Part shown: in pieces, positions 1 through 13,600 of the stretch
Layout: every line of letters starts with the position of its first letter
Position numbering within the stretch: position 1 is the stretch's first letter
Source of the DNA: Prorocentrum cordatum
Lineage: Eukaryota
NCBI GenBank assembly: GCA_963575745.1
Contig: CAUYUJ010000280.1
Span: 62,001 to 115,933 of the forward strand
Direction of reading: 5' to 3'
DNA: 53,933 nt
The notes under the pieces: generated by a model
Told to the model about the DNA's origin: nothing
Databases searched by the model: none
Seen by the model: only the letters and a program-made list of their open reading frames with translations
Made by a program: the position numbers and the translations under genes

Positions 1-540
1 AATTCGAATCCAGATTCGATGTGCCAGCTGTGCGAGACGCGGTCAGAGGGCCGTAGCCCTGGTGAAGCTTCTTCTTCTTCTGCAGGGCCCAGACTAGTAG
101 GGGGGAAGGCCCCCCATCCCGATCGCACGCTTCAGTCTTGGATGCGGTTCGGCCTCGCATTCCACGGCACCTCCGGTAAGACTTGCACGACCGACAGCCG
201 GCGGCTCGCGAAACCGCGCATTCCGACCCCCAAGAGGCGAGTATCACCTCGCCCGAATCCGTGCACGCAGGTGCCCTCACCCCCCGGGGCCTCCGCGAGC
301 CCTCAAGCTGCAGAAGGGCAGCGGCTCTGCGCTTAGCTCCTGAAGTTGTTCTATATTGCCAGTCCGCTTGGCTTCGTTACCCTTGCTTGAGTCAGCGTAG
401 TGCACAGTTGCATAGTCCTGCGTCGCCCCCGCGTTCTTCCCCTGCCCCCTCCCGCCTCCCCCTCCTTCCCCTTCCCTCCCCCCCTACCTCAGCCATCCCT
501 TCCCCTTAGATCAGGGGACAGACATGGAAAGGAACAGGAG

Positions 541-820
541 AACGACGACGACGACGATGACGACGACGACGACGACGACGACGACTGCTACGACGACCAG
601 CGACCGCGATGGAGATTGCGACGGCGACGACGAACGACGGCGGCGACGACGACGAGCGGCGACGCCAGCGGACGCAGACGCCGACGACGACGCGACGGCG
701 CTGACGACGACAACGCTCACGACGAATAGCAACCGCGACGGCAACGGCGACGGCGACGGCGGCGACCACGGCGACGACGACGACGACGACGACGAACAGC
801 GACGAATAGCGACGGTGTTA

Positions 821-851
<31 letters not shown>

Positions 852-1050
852 ACAGCGACGACGACGACGAACAGCGACGACGACGAACAGCAACGACGAA
901 CAGCGACGGCGACGGCGACGACGAGTGGCGACGACGACGCACAGGCAGGGCCCGAAGCGACGGCGACGGCGAACGGCGACGGCGACCGCGACGACGAGCG
1001 GCGTCGACGAACGGCGGCGGCAACAACGGCCTGCAGCGACGGCGAACGTC
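541..1050. repeat. (GAC/GGC)n degenerate microsatellite; similar at 7690-8150
   Basis: Direct inspection. Confidence 0.9.
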
Positions 1051-2357
1051 CACGGGCGGCGGCTCCCTCCCCCGAGGCGCCTGCGCGGCCGGGGCGCTGC
1101 TGTCCACGTGCGGGGCCTTCGTGCCGGGCGCCCGCGTGGCGGTAGGAGAGCGGCACGGCTCCCGGCGACGAGGGGGCGACGCGGCGGCGGCGACGGCGGC
1201 GCGCTGGCGGTCGCGGCGGCGGCCGCGGCCGCAGCGGCGGCAGCCAGCGACGGCGGGCGGCGACGGCGGGGGCAACGGCGGCGGCGCTGACGGCGGCGGT
1301 GCCCTTCGGCGGCCTCCGGCGGCCCGTTCAGCGGCGCGGCGGCGACGACGACGTCGGCGACGGCGACGGGGCTCTCGAAGCGTTGCGAGGCGTCCCTGGG
1401 GGGCCCTGGCTTGGGGGATCCTGGAAATTTGTCGGGCCTTGGGATAGCTTCTGGCAGCTGCACCTCGTCGAGAGCCGGGGACGCCGGGCTCCCCCTCCGG
1501 GGGGTCCCTAGCTAGAAGGGGGGGGGGCTTAGGAGCTACCCCCCCCTGCCTCCTTTTTCCGGTCACGGGGTAAGCCCGGGCTCTCCTTTTCAAAGGGGGG
1601 GGGAGGGGGGGAGCCGAAACCAAAACCGCCCTATGTGGCACCTAGAACATTTGCATCTGGCACCTCGAATTTGTCCGTTGGCTTCGACGCAGCGAAGCCT
1701 TGAGCCGATGAGGACGCAGCTTTCTTGGACAGAACCCTGGCGATATCTTGGGACCATAGGGGTCATCTTGGAGCCATGAGGATCGCCAGGGCCCCTCTCT
1801 TGGGCCGTCTTGGGGCCATCTTGGGCCGCGATGCCGCGCTGGGGCCGCTGGGGTCATCCCGCCATCTTGGGCTATGCCTGCGGGGGGCCCGGCCCGGGGT
1901 CTCCAGGCAGGTCTCAGAGACTCGCCGCAACGGCGGGGAACGTCAAGGCGCTGGAGGCCAGGACCTGGTCACACTTGGGACCATAATGGTCCCAGGTGTG
2001 ACCAATCTCGGAAGATGGCGGCCAGCAGGCATACGTTTCACGGGAACCGGCGGCCCAAGCCGGAATTGGGCCCCGGGGAGGCTCCTCAGGAGCGGCCCAA
2101 GCCGGAATTGGACCCCGGGAACCCCCTCAGGCGGCGGCCCAAACCGAAATTCTTCACGCTTCGCGTATCCCCACCAGCCCATCTCAAAACAGCAACTCTT
2201 GCGAAGCATGCCGACAGTCGTGTTTTTCAGGCGTGTTTCCGCCTGCCCCCGCACATCTCCCCTGTTCCTCCTTCCTCCCGCCTCCTTGTACATCCTCCTT
2301 GTGGTGGGAGCGGGAGAAGGACGAGGCGGAGGAGGAGGGAGAGAAAGCGCTCCTCGT

Positions 2358-2749
2358 GGTTTGAGTCGTTTGGGGTTTCTCGTCCTGGTGTGAGTCGTTC
2401 GGGCCCTTCTTCCTGGTGTGAGTCGTTCGGGCTCTTCGTGGTGTGAGTCGTTCGGGCTCTTCGTCCTGGTGTGAGTCGTTCGGGCTTCTCGTGGTGTGAG
2501 TTGTTCGGGCCCCTCGTCCTGGTGTGAGTCGTTCGGGCCCCTCCTCCTGGTGTGACTCGTTCGGGCTCCTCGTGGTGTGAGTCGTTCGGGGCCCTCGTCG
2601 TGGTGTGAGTCGTTCGGGCTCCTCGTGGTGTGAGTCGTTCGGGCGCCTCGTCCTGGTGTGAGCCGTTCGGGCCCCTCCTTCTGGTGTGAGTCGTTCGGGC
2701 TCTTCGTGGTGTGAGTCGTTCGGGCCCGTCGTCCTGGTGTGAGTCGGGG
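2358..2749. repeat. Minisatellite, about 27-30-bp unit with core GGTGTGAGTCGTTCGGG
   Basis: About 14 tandem copies with related CT-rich linkers. Confidence 0.9.
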
Positions 2750-4137
2750 CGTCTTGGGGGCCTCTTGGCGGCCCCAGGGGCTTCTAGGAGCGTCTTGGGT
2801 GCCTTGGGGGAGCCTCTTCGGGCCTCTTGGGAGCCTCTTGGAGGCCGTTTGGGGCGTCTTGGGGGCTTCTCGGCGGCCCCAGGGGCTTCCAGGAGCGTCT
2901 TGGGTGCCTCGGGGGAGCCTCTTGGGGCCTCTTGGGAGCCTCTTGGGGACCTCTCTTGGAGGCCTCTTGGGGCCTCTTGGGGCTCTTTGGGAGGGGTCTG
3001 GGAGGTATCTTGGGGCCATCTTTCGGGCGATCGATCACAGATGGGGCGGGTTTTTTCTCCCCCCCCCCGTCGGGGCCAGAATCCTCGTGAGGGGTGTCGT
3101 TTTTTAGCCCTCCCAGGAGTCGAAAAAGACCCCTCCAACCACCCGCGAAAGGACCTCTCCAGGTCCAGGGGGAGGGGGTAGGGGGAGGGGTAAACCCCTC
3201 CCCGAAGGGGAAGAAGGGGGTTGAGAACAGAGCGGGCTCTCTAAACCACTCACGCCCAAAGGGCTGGTGGGATTGGACCCCGGGAGGCCACCGAGGCCCT
3301 GCCCAAGCCGGAATTGAGCTTCCGAGGCCCCGGGAATCCTGGGTTGCTCATTGTACACCGGCCGTGTCCAATGAGCAAGTCGCCTTCGTTGAGAGACGCC
3401 CGCCGGAATCTCCCGGGAGGGCGGCGTCAGGCCTTTTTGGGGATTCTGGACGCGACGACGACGAAGTCTTCCATTCATTCCCATCATCATCGACGCTGCC
3501 ATCATCATGACTTACCATCACGTCTGTCAATAGGGGGTCAGGCTCATTGGTTTGTGCTGCCACCCACCCCCCGGGGGGGTCAGGCTCATTGGATTACCTC
3601 CCCGGGAAACCTGCTGCTGCACCACATGCGCTTTGATGGGACAGCTATGGATTGAGGTGATGGTGAAGACAGGTCACGATGATGGCAGCGGGATGTCGAC
3701 GGGACGTTCCCTGATGACTGGGCCTGGGGCGACATGTGATGGTGAATGTCGGCATGACGAGATGGGCGTGCGCGCATGCACATATGGTGTGCATGTACCA
3801 GCGTCGGCCACTGAGTCATTAAGCAGTGGATGTGGTATCTACTACAATCAACGTGGTGCAATCAGTGCGGCGTGAGCCTGTAGTGTAAGCTCCGCGGTGC
3901 AATAGATGTGGCGCGATATATCTATGTGGCGCGAGGTGATATTGAAGGCTATGCAAGTCATGATGCTGTCAGCGTTGATGATGATGGGGATAAACGGATA
4001 TGAAGGCCACGCAAATGATGGTGATGGTTGTTGGATTATGCGGCAATGTCAGGCCACGTCAGCACAATAATGTCATATTCGCGGTGATGGTATGAGTAAT
4101 CGCCGTATTGCGTGCGTATAGTGATAGTAGTCGCATC

Positions 4138-4324
<187 letters not shown>

Positions 4325-4841
4325 GTGTATTCGTAATCATAGTATTAGTCGCTTCTTCGGGCCAAGAACGGCCCAAGAGGCCCGAAAGCTCGTTCCGAGA
4401 CGGCCCAAGAGGGCCCCAAGAGGGCCCCAAGACGGCCCACGATGGCCCCAAGACGGCCCAAGAGAGGGGCCCTGGCGATCCTCATGGCTCCAAGATGGCC
4501 CCTTATGGTCCCAAGATATCGCCAGGGTGCTGTCCAAGAAAGCTGCGTCCTCATCGGCTCAAGGCTTCGCTGCGTCGAAGCCAACGGACAAATCCGAGGT
4601 GCCAGATGCAAATGTTCTAGGTGCCACTCAGGGCGGTTTTGGTTTGGGGCTTCCGAGCCACACACACACACCTTGCCAGGTGAAAAAGGGGGGGCTTCCA
4701 AAGCTCCCTCCCCCCTTTTTTTGTTTTCTCCGGGCGCGGGGAAAGCCCAGGCTCCCCTCTCCAAGGGGGGTGGGGGCCTCCCACGCTGCCCTCGCCCCCC
4801 TGGTGAAAAGGGGTGGGGGCTTGGAGGCTGCCTCCCCTCTA

Positions 4842-4996
4842 CAGCGAGCGGCCTGAATAAGGAACACTTACCAGTCAAAAGGGACTCGGTCGTTCCTTAG
4901 GTTCGCATGCTTTATGTATCGTTCCCTATGCCTTACTCCTTGGAAATGAGGGGCTTCGTTCCTTATTCATCGTTCCTTAGGTCAGGCCGATGACTG
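4842..4996. mobile_element. Related 155-bp MITE
   Basis: TA|CAGCGAGCGGCCTGAATAAGGAAC ... GTTCCTTAGGTCAGGCCGATGACTG|GA; shares the CGTTCCTTAT subterminal motif. Confidence 0.65.
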
Positions 4997-5331
4997 GACC
5001 TTCCTTTTCGGGGCACGGGGTAAGCCTGGGCTCCCCTAGCCAGAGGGGAAGGGGCTTCCGAAGCTGCCCCCCTCCCCTCCTTCTGCTGGCATTTCGTGCT
5101 GGAGGGCCCTGGCTGAAGGGGGGCTCCGAAGCTACAGGTGTCGGAAACGATTAAGCAACTCTCGCGCATAACATATGGTGTGAACTCCCCCCCCTCCCCC
5201 CGAATGCAATGTTGGGCTCGGATCTCCCGAGTTTGAGTTTCGGACGAGTAGTCCGTAGACATACCAACTTTGAATTGCGGGGGAGGGAGCGTTGCTTTAT
5301 TAATTCCCTCAACCGTACCTTTCCCTTTTTC

Positions 5332-7450
5332 TGGTTTTCGGCGCCATTTTGGTTTTCGGCACCCGGGTGGTTTTCGGCGCTCCTTGATTTTCGGCGCACC
5401 TTTGGTTTTCGGCACCCCGTTGGTTTCTGCGTTGCTTGTATTTTCGGCGCTCCTTTGGGTTTCCTGCGCGCCCTTTGGTTTCCTGCGCTTCTTTGGTTTT
5501 CGGCGCCCTCTTTGGCTTTCGGCGCTCTTCTGATTTTCGGTGCTTCTTGGTTTTCGGCGCCCTTTTGATGTTCGGCGCCCTCTTGGTTTTCGGCGCCTCT
5601 TTGGTTTTCGGGGCCCTGTGGTTTTCGGCGTTCATTTGGTTTTCGGTGCTCCTTTGGTCTTCTACGCGCCCTTTGGTTTCCGGCGCTTCTTTGGTTTTCG
5701 GCGCCCTCTTGGTTTCTGGCGCTCCTTTGGTTTTCGGTGCTTCTTGGTGTTCGGCGCCCTTTTGGTGTTCGGCGCCCTTGTGGTTTTCGACGCCCCTTTT
5801 GGTTTTCGGCTCTCATTTGGTTTTCGGTGCCGCTTTTGTTCCCAGTGCCCCGTCTGGTTTTTGGCACATCGTCGGTTTTCGGCGTTCTTTTGGTTTTGGC
5901 CGCTCCTTTGGTTCTCGGTACCCTCTTGGTTATCGGCGCCATTTTGGTTTTTCGGCGCATCGTTGGTTTTCGGCGCCCCGTTGGTTTTCGGCGTCCCTTC
6001 GGTTTTCGGTGCCCCTTTGGTTTTCGGCGCGCGTTTGATTTTCGGCGCCCTTTTGGTTTTCGGCGCCCCTTGGGTTTTCGGCGCCCCTTCGGTTTTCGGT
6101 GCCCTTTCGGGTTTAGGAGCCGCTTTGGCTTTCGGCGCCCCTTTGGTTTTTGACGCTGTTCTTGTTTTCGGCACTCTTCGGTTTTCGGCGCTCTTTCTGT
6201 TTTCGGCGCTTTTTTGGTTGTCGGCGCCCTTTTGGTTTTCGGCGCTCCTTCCGTTGTCGCCACTCATTTGGTTTTCGGCGCCCACTTGAGTTTTCGGCCC
6301 CATTTCGGTTGTCGGCGTTCTTTTGGTTTGGGGCGCTCCTTTGTTTTCGGCGCCCGCCCTTTCTGGCTTTCGTCGCTCCTTTGGTTTTCGGTACCCTTGT
6401 GGTTTTCGGCGCCCTTTTGGTTCTCGGCGCCCCTTTGGTTTTCAGCGCCCCTTTGGTTTTCGGAGCCCTCTTTGAATTTCGGCGCGTTCTTTTGGTTTTC
6501 GGTGCCTCCTCGGTTTTCAGCGCCCCTGGAGTTTTCGGCACATCGGTGGTTTTCGGCGTCCTTTGGGTTTTAGGCGCCTCTTTGGTTTTCGGCGCCTCGT
6601 TGGTTTTCGGCGCCCCTTCTTTTTTCGGCGTCCCTTTGGTTTCCGGCGCCTCTTGGGTTTTAGACGCCGCTTTGGTTTTCGGCGCTCTTTTGGTTGCCGG
6701 CGTTCCTTTTGTTTTCGGCGTCGTTTTAGTTGTCAGCGTTCCTTTGTTTTCCGCGCTTCTTTTTGGTTTCCGGTGACAGTTTGATGTTTGGCGCCCCTTT
6801 GGTTTTCGGCGCCGTCTTGTTGTTTTCGGCGCCCCCTTTGCTCCTCGGCGCACCTTTTTGGTGTCGGCGCTTATTTGGTTTTCGGCGCCGCTTTTTGTTT
6901 CAGTGCCCCTTATGGTTTTCGGCACATCGTTGGTCTTCGGCGTTCTTTTGGTTTTCAGCGTCTATTTGGTTTTCAGCGCCGTCCTGGTTTCCGGAGACCT
7001 TTCGGTTTTCCGTGCTCTTTGGTTTTCGGCACCTCTTTGGTTTTCGGCTCCCTTGTGGTTTTCGACGACCCTTTGGTTTTCGGCGCCCCTGTGGTTTTCG
7101 GCGTTCCTTTGGTTTTCGGTGCTCCTTTGGTTTTCTACGCGCCCTTTGGTTTCCGGCGCTTCTTTGGTTTTCGGCGCCCCTTTGGTTTTCGGCGACCTCT
7201 GGCTGTTCGGCGCTGTTCCTGTTTTTCGGCGCTCTTTGGTTTTTTCGTGCCCTTTTGGTTTTTGGCGCCCTTTTGTTCGGCGCCCCTGTGGTTTTCGGAT
7301 ACCTTTTTGGTTTTCGATGTCCTTTCGGTTTTCGACGCCCATCTGGTTTTTGACGCCCTTTTTGGTTTTCGGCGCCGCTTTGGCGTTTGGAGCGTCTTTG
7401 GTTTTCGGCGCATTTTAGGTTTTCGACACCCTCTTGGTTTTCGGTGCCCT
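5332..7450. repeat. Degenerate 18-19-bp satellite (TTGGTTTTCGGCGCCC..)
   Basis: Continuous 2.1-kb array. Confidence 0.95.
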
Positions 7451-8037
7451 TTTTTTTCCCAACCATCCTGCTGTTGGGTCCTCGTTTTGAAGAGATGGTC
7501 CCCGCGCCTCACTTCCTCTCCTCTCCTTGCCTCTGCCCTCATCAGCATGCGTCCCCCCCACCCAGTACAGCGTTTCGTGGTCCCATAGGGAGCTCCACCG
7601 AAGGCCCCAGCGGCTGCTCTCGCGCTCGTGGTCCTAGATATAACATCCCCGTTGGCCTCATCCTCTCCCGATGAATGGGTGGACGGCGACCCAGACGGAC
7701 GATAACGACGACGAACGAGAACGGACGACGACGACGACGGCGACGACGGCGGCGTCGACGGATGACGGACGACGGCGACGACGTCGTGGACGACGATTGT
7801 GACGACGACGACGAGGACAGGACAACGGTCGACGGACGATCGACGACCGACGACCGACCTCCGCCTCCGGAGGTCTCTGACTGCCCCCTCGGTCCCCCGA
7901 GGGAGGCCACCAGACGCCTCCAAACGCTCAAGGCGTGCCAGAAGCGGCCAGAGATCTTGATCCGCGAGCTTCAGATTTTGACGACGACGTCGACGACGAC
8001 GACGACGACGACGGCGACGATTACGACGACGACGACT

Positions 8038-8068
<31 letters not shown>

Positions 8069-8921
8069 CGACGACGACGACGACGCCGACGCCGACGCCG
8101 ACGCCGACGACGACGACGGCGACGACGGGCGACGACGGGCGACGGACGGCGACCGTGGCGGGGACTTTGCGAGGGACGGCGAACGGCCTCGGCGGCGGCG
8201 GCGGCGACGGCGGTGGCCGCGAGACCTCCGAGGCTCCGGCCCGCGGCGGCCGCCCGGCCCGCGCACGCGGGGCGCGGCGGCCTCCGCGGCGGCGCCCCTG
8301 CCGGAGGACGAGAAGGACCCCGGGGTCGTCGCCGCCGCCGAGGAGGAGGAGGAGGAGGAGGAGGAGGAGAGGAGGAGGAGGAGGAGGAGGAGGAGGGGGG
8401 GAGGAGGGGGAGGGGAGGAGGAGGAGGGGGAGGAGGGGGAGGCGGAGGAGGAGGAGGAGGGGGAAGGGGAGGGGAGGAGGAGGAGAAGGAGGGAGGAGGA
8501 GGAGGAGGAGGGAGGAGGAGGAGGAGGAGGACGAGGGAGGACCCTGCCAGAGCGTCCCCCCCCCCCACCCCCCGAGGTCGTCGCCGCCGCCGTTGCCGCT
8601 GTCGTCGCCGTCGCCGTCCGTCGCCGTCGCTGTTGCCGTCGTCGTCCTCGGCATCCTCCTCCCCCTCCCCTCTCCCCTGCTCCCTCCTCCGCCTCATCCT
8701 CGCTCCCTCCCTCCCTCCGCCCGTCTATGATGCACCAGGTTCTCTCGGAAGGGCCACCTGGCGCGTCATTTGACCTCCTAGGACGTCTCCCTGGCCACTG
8801 TGCTCTCTCCTCCTCCTCCTCCTCCTCCTCCTCCTCCTCCTCCTCCTCCTCCTTCCACCACCTACTGCTCCTCCTCGTCTTCCGCCTCCTCCTCCTCCTC
8901 CTCCTCCTCTTCCCCCACTCC

Positions 8922-8943
8922 TCCGTAGCCATCTTGACTGAAA
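8922..8943 (+). other. Degenerate relic dinoflagellate spliced leader
   Basis: TCCGTAGCCATCTTGACTGAAA, 18/22 to DinoSL; followed by complex non-repeat sequence. Confidence 0.55.
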
Positions 8944-9536
8944 ATAGTTGTTTGGCCCCTTCACTGAATGGATACGGCCAATCCGCGAATTGTTCTCAGT
9001 CTTCAACCCTTTCTCACTCTTCTGGCCTTGTAGATGTCCCTCCACACCTTCCATACTGACCCAAGGTCCTCCCCTCCCTTGTGTGGGAGTGCGCATCATG
9101 GCAGGCCGAGGCGAAGGTGTTTCCATGGCACCTGGAGGCAGTAAAGGTGAGCCGGCAGCAGCATCCACGCATGGGAGTGCAGAGTTTGCTGGCGATTCGC
9201 AGGGTCGCAGCAACACTCGGAGTGGAGCTCAACGGAGACGGAGATCACGACGCCGCCAGCTCAAACCTCCTGCTCAATCTGATTGCGCCGACCGTCGTGG
9301 TGTAGGGCGCTCTGCTGCAAGTGTTAAGTCGGGCACGTCCCTCTACAGGGGGAATATCTTAAAAAATAGTCTGGGGACGGTTTTTCTATCATCTGCTTGA
9401 CGATGTGGGAATATTTCCCTACGTAGGCTCTGCCTAGAAGGGTTCTTACTCTCTTAGCTTAAAGGGGCCGGGTAGTGTTCCTCGCTCCGGGCGGTTCCCC
9501 CGGCATCCGCTCCGCGGTTCCCCCAGTTACGGCCCC

Positions 9537-9970
9537 TTAGCTTAGCGTTGCTTATCTCATCTTAGCTTAGCTTATTTCATCTTAGTTTAGCTTAGCGTCA
9601 TCTTAGCTCAGGTTTATCTTAGCTTAGCTTACCTCCATCTTAGCTTCGCTGAGCTTTATCATAGCAGAGCACAGCATAGCATAGCGTAGCGTAGCATAGC
9701 ATAGCGCAGCACAGCATATCATAGCATAGCCCAGCATAGCATGGCATGGCGCAGCATAGCATAGCATAGCATAGCGCAGCACAGCACAGCACAGCATAGC
9801 ACAGCGCAGCATAGCATAGCGTAGCATAGCAGAGCATAGCATAGCATCGCAGCAAAGCAAAGGCAAATCAACAGCAGCGACAGCAAAGCAAAACACAAGC
9901 AACACAAAGCAAAGCAAAGCAAAGCAAATCAAAAGCAAAAGCAAAGCAAAGGAAAGGCAAAGCAAAAGCA
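9537..9970. repeat. Pentanucleotide tracts (CTTAG)n, (AGCAT)n, (AGCAA)n
   Basis: Direct inspection. Confidence 0.9.
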
Positions 9971-10031
9971 ATGTGTGACAGATGCCGAGCTAGCCCCGAT
10001 GGCCGGACCGGAGCCCCCGCAAGCAGTGCCT

Positions 10032-10053
10032 TCCGTAACCATTTCGGCTCAAG
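10032..10053 (+). other. Relic dinoflagellate spliced leader
   Basis: TCCGTAACCATTTCGGCTCAAG, 20/22 to DinoSL DCCGTAGCCATTTTGGCTCAAG. Confidence 0.8.
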
Positions 10054-10919
10054 TCCGGAGGCCCTGCCACACAGCCGCCCACGCTCATGTCCCGAGGTTG
10101 GCGGAGTGAGGCGTGCAGCGGTGCTGCACAGCCCGCCTCGGCACCAGGTGGTGCTGCACAGCCCACCGGGCCTGTTGTGGCCATCGATGTGGATAGCGCA
10201 GCATAGCATGCCATAGCACAGCGCAGCATAGCATGGCATAGCATAGCAGAGCATAGCATAGCAACTAATGCTGCTTTCCTAGGGGCTCCAACTTCTAGGT
10301 AGGGTTGCACTGGGGTAACTCTTGATTTGAATGTTTAAAACAAACCAACGCCCAACATCCGCCTGTAGGGGGACGCGCCCGACCCAGTGCAGGTGGAACT
10401 CGTCAATCCGACCCGCTGCAGCGTGCAGAAGCCGAGCTCTGCCGGGGAGGCGGGGGCGAGGCAGCCGCCCCAGTCCTGGCGAGGCGGACCTTCAGCCAGC
10501 TCGAAGCGGGAAGAGGAGGAGGAGGAGGAGGAGGAGGAGGAGGAGGAGGAGGAGGAAGGGACAGCGAAGGATGAGAGGGAGGAGGAGGCGGAGGAGAAGG
10601 AGGAAGAGAAAGAGGAGGAGAGGAGGAAAAGGAGGAGGAGGAGGAGGGGGAGAAGAAGGAGGAGAGGGAGAAGGAAGAGGAGGACAAGTGTAAACCCAAG
10701 ACGCATCAACGATGTTGCAATCAACCCTGTCTCCAGGTTCCCTCTTCACAGTTACCTGCTATTGTATTTGTTTAGTTGCGGGGGGAAGATGTGGGAAGAC
10801 ACTCGTCTGAGAACCCCCAACCGTGCCAAACCCATTCCTGCGACTTCGGCGACGGGAATCAACGTGACTGTTGCGTCCTGATAATCCTAAGTTGTGCCTG
10901 AAGGCCACGCTTGGGACTT

Positions 10920-11800
10920 CAACACCGCGAATACACGTGACTGTTGCGCCCTGACAATCCTAAATTCTCCCGGGATGCATTTCCTGAGATTTCAACCGTG
11001 CGAATCCTTGACGGCTGCAAATGTTCAAGACGAACGTGCTGAACAATAGCCGCCCTCCATCTTTGAAGCTGTTGCGAACTTGTAAGACGAGTGTGCGCGG
11101 CGCTAAGGCGAGAGAGTCCTTTTGAAAACGACCTGGCCTCCATCCGTGAAGCTGTTGCAAACCTTTGAGACGAATGCGCGCGGCGCGAAGGCGACAACCA
11201 CATTTAGACAACGGCTTCCCATCCATCCGTGAAATTGTTGAGAACTTCTTACACGAATGTGCTTGACGCTAAGGCGAGAACGACATTTTGAAAACGGCCC
11301 GACCTCCATGCGTGAAGCGGCTGCAAATTTGTAAGGCGAGTGTGAGCGGCGCTGAGGCAAAGAGCACATTGTGAAAACCACCCGCCCTCCATCCGTAAAT
11401 TTCTGCAGCTCTCGATCTCCAGAATCATGCCAGAACGCTATTCCTGCGACTTCAACACCGCGAATCAACGTAACTGTTGCAGCCTCATAATCTGGAATCC
11501 TTCCCAAAAACTATTTTTGGTACGTTGATCCTGAGAATCGGTCGAACTCTTGCAACTGTTATAAACGAATGCGCGCGGCGCTAAGGCGAGAGCCGCATTT
11601 GAAAAGGAATCACCATCACTCCGTGAAACTCTTGCAATTGTTTGCAACGAATGTGCGCGGCGCTAAGGCGAAAGCAACATGTTGAAAACCATCCGCCCTC
11701 AATCCGTGCAGTTCTTGCAGTTTTTAACCGAATGTGCGCGGCGCTACGGCGAGAGCCACATGTTGAAAACCATCCGCCCTCCATGTGTGAAACTGTTGCC
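10920..11800. repeat. Degenerate about 80-bp tandem repeat (GAATGTGCGCGGCGCTAAGGCGAGA..TTGAAAAC)
   Basis: Motif recurs at about 11095, 11178, 11266, 11347, 11574, 11656 and 11736. Confidence 0.8.
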
Positions 11801-13600
11801 ATGTTTAAAGCTTCAGGGTCATAACCGGTGAAGACGTCTCAGGCGAAACGCCCAGCCCGCACTAAAAGCTGGCCTCGGGGCGCGACAGGGAGAAATTGTC
11901 TACAAGACGAGGAATGGAGGAGGAGGGTGGGAGGGGGAGGAGGGGGAGGAGGAGGAGGAGGAGGACGAGGAGGAGGAGGAGGAGGAGGAGAAGGAGGACG
12001 AGGAGGAGGAGGAGGAGGAGGAGGAGGAGGAGGAGGAAAGGAAGATAAATGAGGACGAGGAGGGGAAAGCCCTCTTGGGGCCTCCTGGGAGCCTTCTGGG
12101 AGCCTGCTGGGGGCCTCCTGGGGGGCCTCTTGTGAGCGTCTTGGGAGCCTCCTGGGGCCTATTGGGGTTCTCTTGGGGCCTCTTGGGCCGTCTTAGGGAG
12201 GGCTGGCCCGTCTGACGCCTTCGGAGGCCATCTTGGAGGCTTTTCTGGGACGTCTTGGTGCCCTCTTCGGGCGCTTTGGGGCAGTCTTGGGGCCCTCTTG
12301 CGAGGCTCTTGGGCGATCTCGGGGTCCTCTTGGGCCGACTTGCTGCCTTCTTGGGGGCCTCATGGGCTGGCTTGGAGCTATCTTGGAGGTCTCTTCGGGT
12401 GTCTTGAGCAGTCGGAAGCCTAAAACTACGAAAACTCCCAACTCCTTCAAGCACCTAATGAAGATCAATGGTTTTTGCTTACTCGGGCTCTCTTGGAAGG
12501 CCTCTTCGAGCCCTCTTGGGCCGTCTTGGGAGCCTGTTGAGCTATCTTGAGACCGTCTTTGGAGCCTCTTGAGCCGTCTGGGGCCATCGTGGGCCGTCTT
12601 GGTGTCATCTTTCTTGGAGGCCATCTTGCCCGTTCGGATGCCGTACAGAGCGCGGGAAAGCAATTTCAGGGGGGACGATTTTCTGACGATGCGCGTGTCG
12701 GGGTGTGTGTGGTCGGCCCTCGAGAACTAGAAAGAAGCTTCCCAGACAACAGCAAGGCCGATGTCTGTCATACGGCAGCAAGCATTCTAACACGCCCACT
12801 CCGTGCAAGCACGTTGACGGACCCCAAGCCGGCCCAAGCCCCCCAAGACGTTCCAAGAGGGCCAAGGGGGCCCCCACAGAGGCCAGAGAGCCTCCCAGGA
12901 GGAGAGCCCCGAGGGAGCCACAGGATGCTCGCAAGAGGGCCCCGAGAGTGCCCCAAGCCGGCCCGAGCCCCCCAAGACGGCCCAAGAGGGTCCCAGAGGG
13001 CCCCCAAACGGCCCCAAAGACCCGCAGTAGGCATCCAAGAGGCACTCCGAGATGCCTCCAAGAGCCCCTTACGAGGCCCCACCAGAGCGAACCGTGCCGG
13101 CAATCACTGTGACCGCCAAGGCTCCTCGGAGTGGACGGTGACATACCAACTCTGATCACCACGGCGGCCGTCCTACCGTGACTCGCACTCCACGTTGCTC
13201 CAACGAGCATGCGTGGCAATCCCTATGGCCAAATCGCTGCCGCGCAAACGGCCGCCGAACCCCCGAGACCGTGTGAATTACCCGCTCCACGGACCCGCTC
13301 TTCCCGTTCCCGTGCCGGCCCAGGTTCTAACACGCCCACTCCGTGCAAGCAATTTGGCGGATGTGCAGGGACGTGGGATGGAGGGGAAGAGGGGGGGAGC
13401 AGGAGCAGGAGCAGAGGAGGAGCAGGAGCGAGCGGCGAGGGCGCCCTCCTCCAAGGGCCGAGCCTGGACGTCCTTGGCGCCCATAGCCGTTTTGGGCCAG
13501 GCCCGGCGCGGCGCCGACGCGCCCGGAGGGCGGACCGCGCTCATGCGCCCTCCGACCGGGCCTCCGACGATCCGAGCTCTGTCGAGAGCCAACCGGGGGG

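Larger units (their letters stand above)
9325..10386. mobile_element. Mutator-like MITE with nested repeats
   Basis: TIR GTCGGGCACGTCCCTCTACAGG / CCTGTAGGGGGACGCGCCCGAC; degenerate 10-bp TSD ctgcaagtgt/gtgcaggtgg. Confidence 0.65.

Noticed and set aside
386..406. CTTGAGTCAG as a reverse-strand SL relic
   Set aside because: Only the terminal few bases match the DinoSL reverse complement
2358..2749. CRISPR-like array (17-bp constant repeat with variable linkers)
   Set aside because: Linkers are only about 10-13 bp and related to each other; no cas genes; eukaryotic context. It is a minisatellite.
5151..7588. Long ORFs in all six frames (KP/APKT/FGFRR repeats)
   Set aside because: Translations of an 18-19-bp satellite
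7910..7976. Possible minus-strand exon KLADQDLWPLLARLERLE
   Set aside because: Isolated; no partner exons or domain identified
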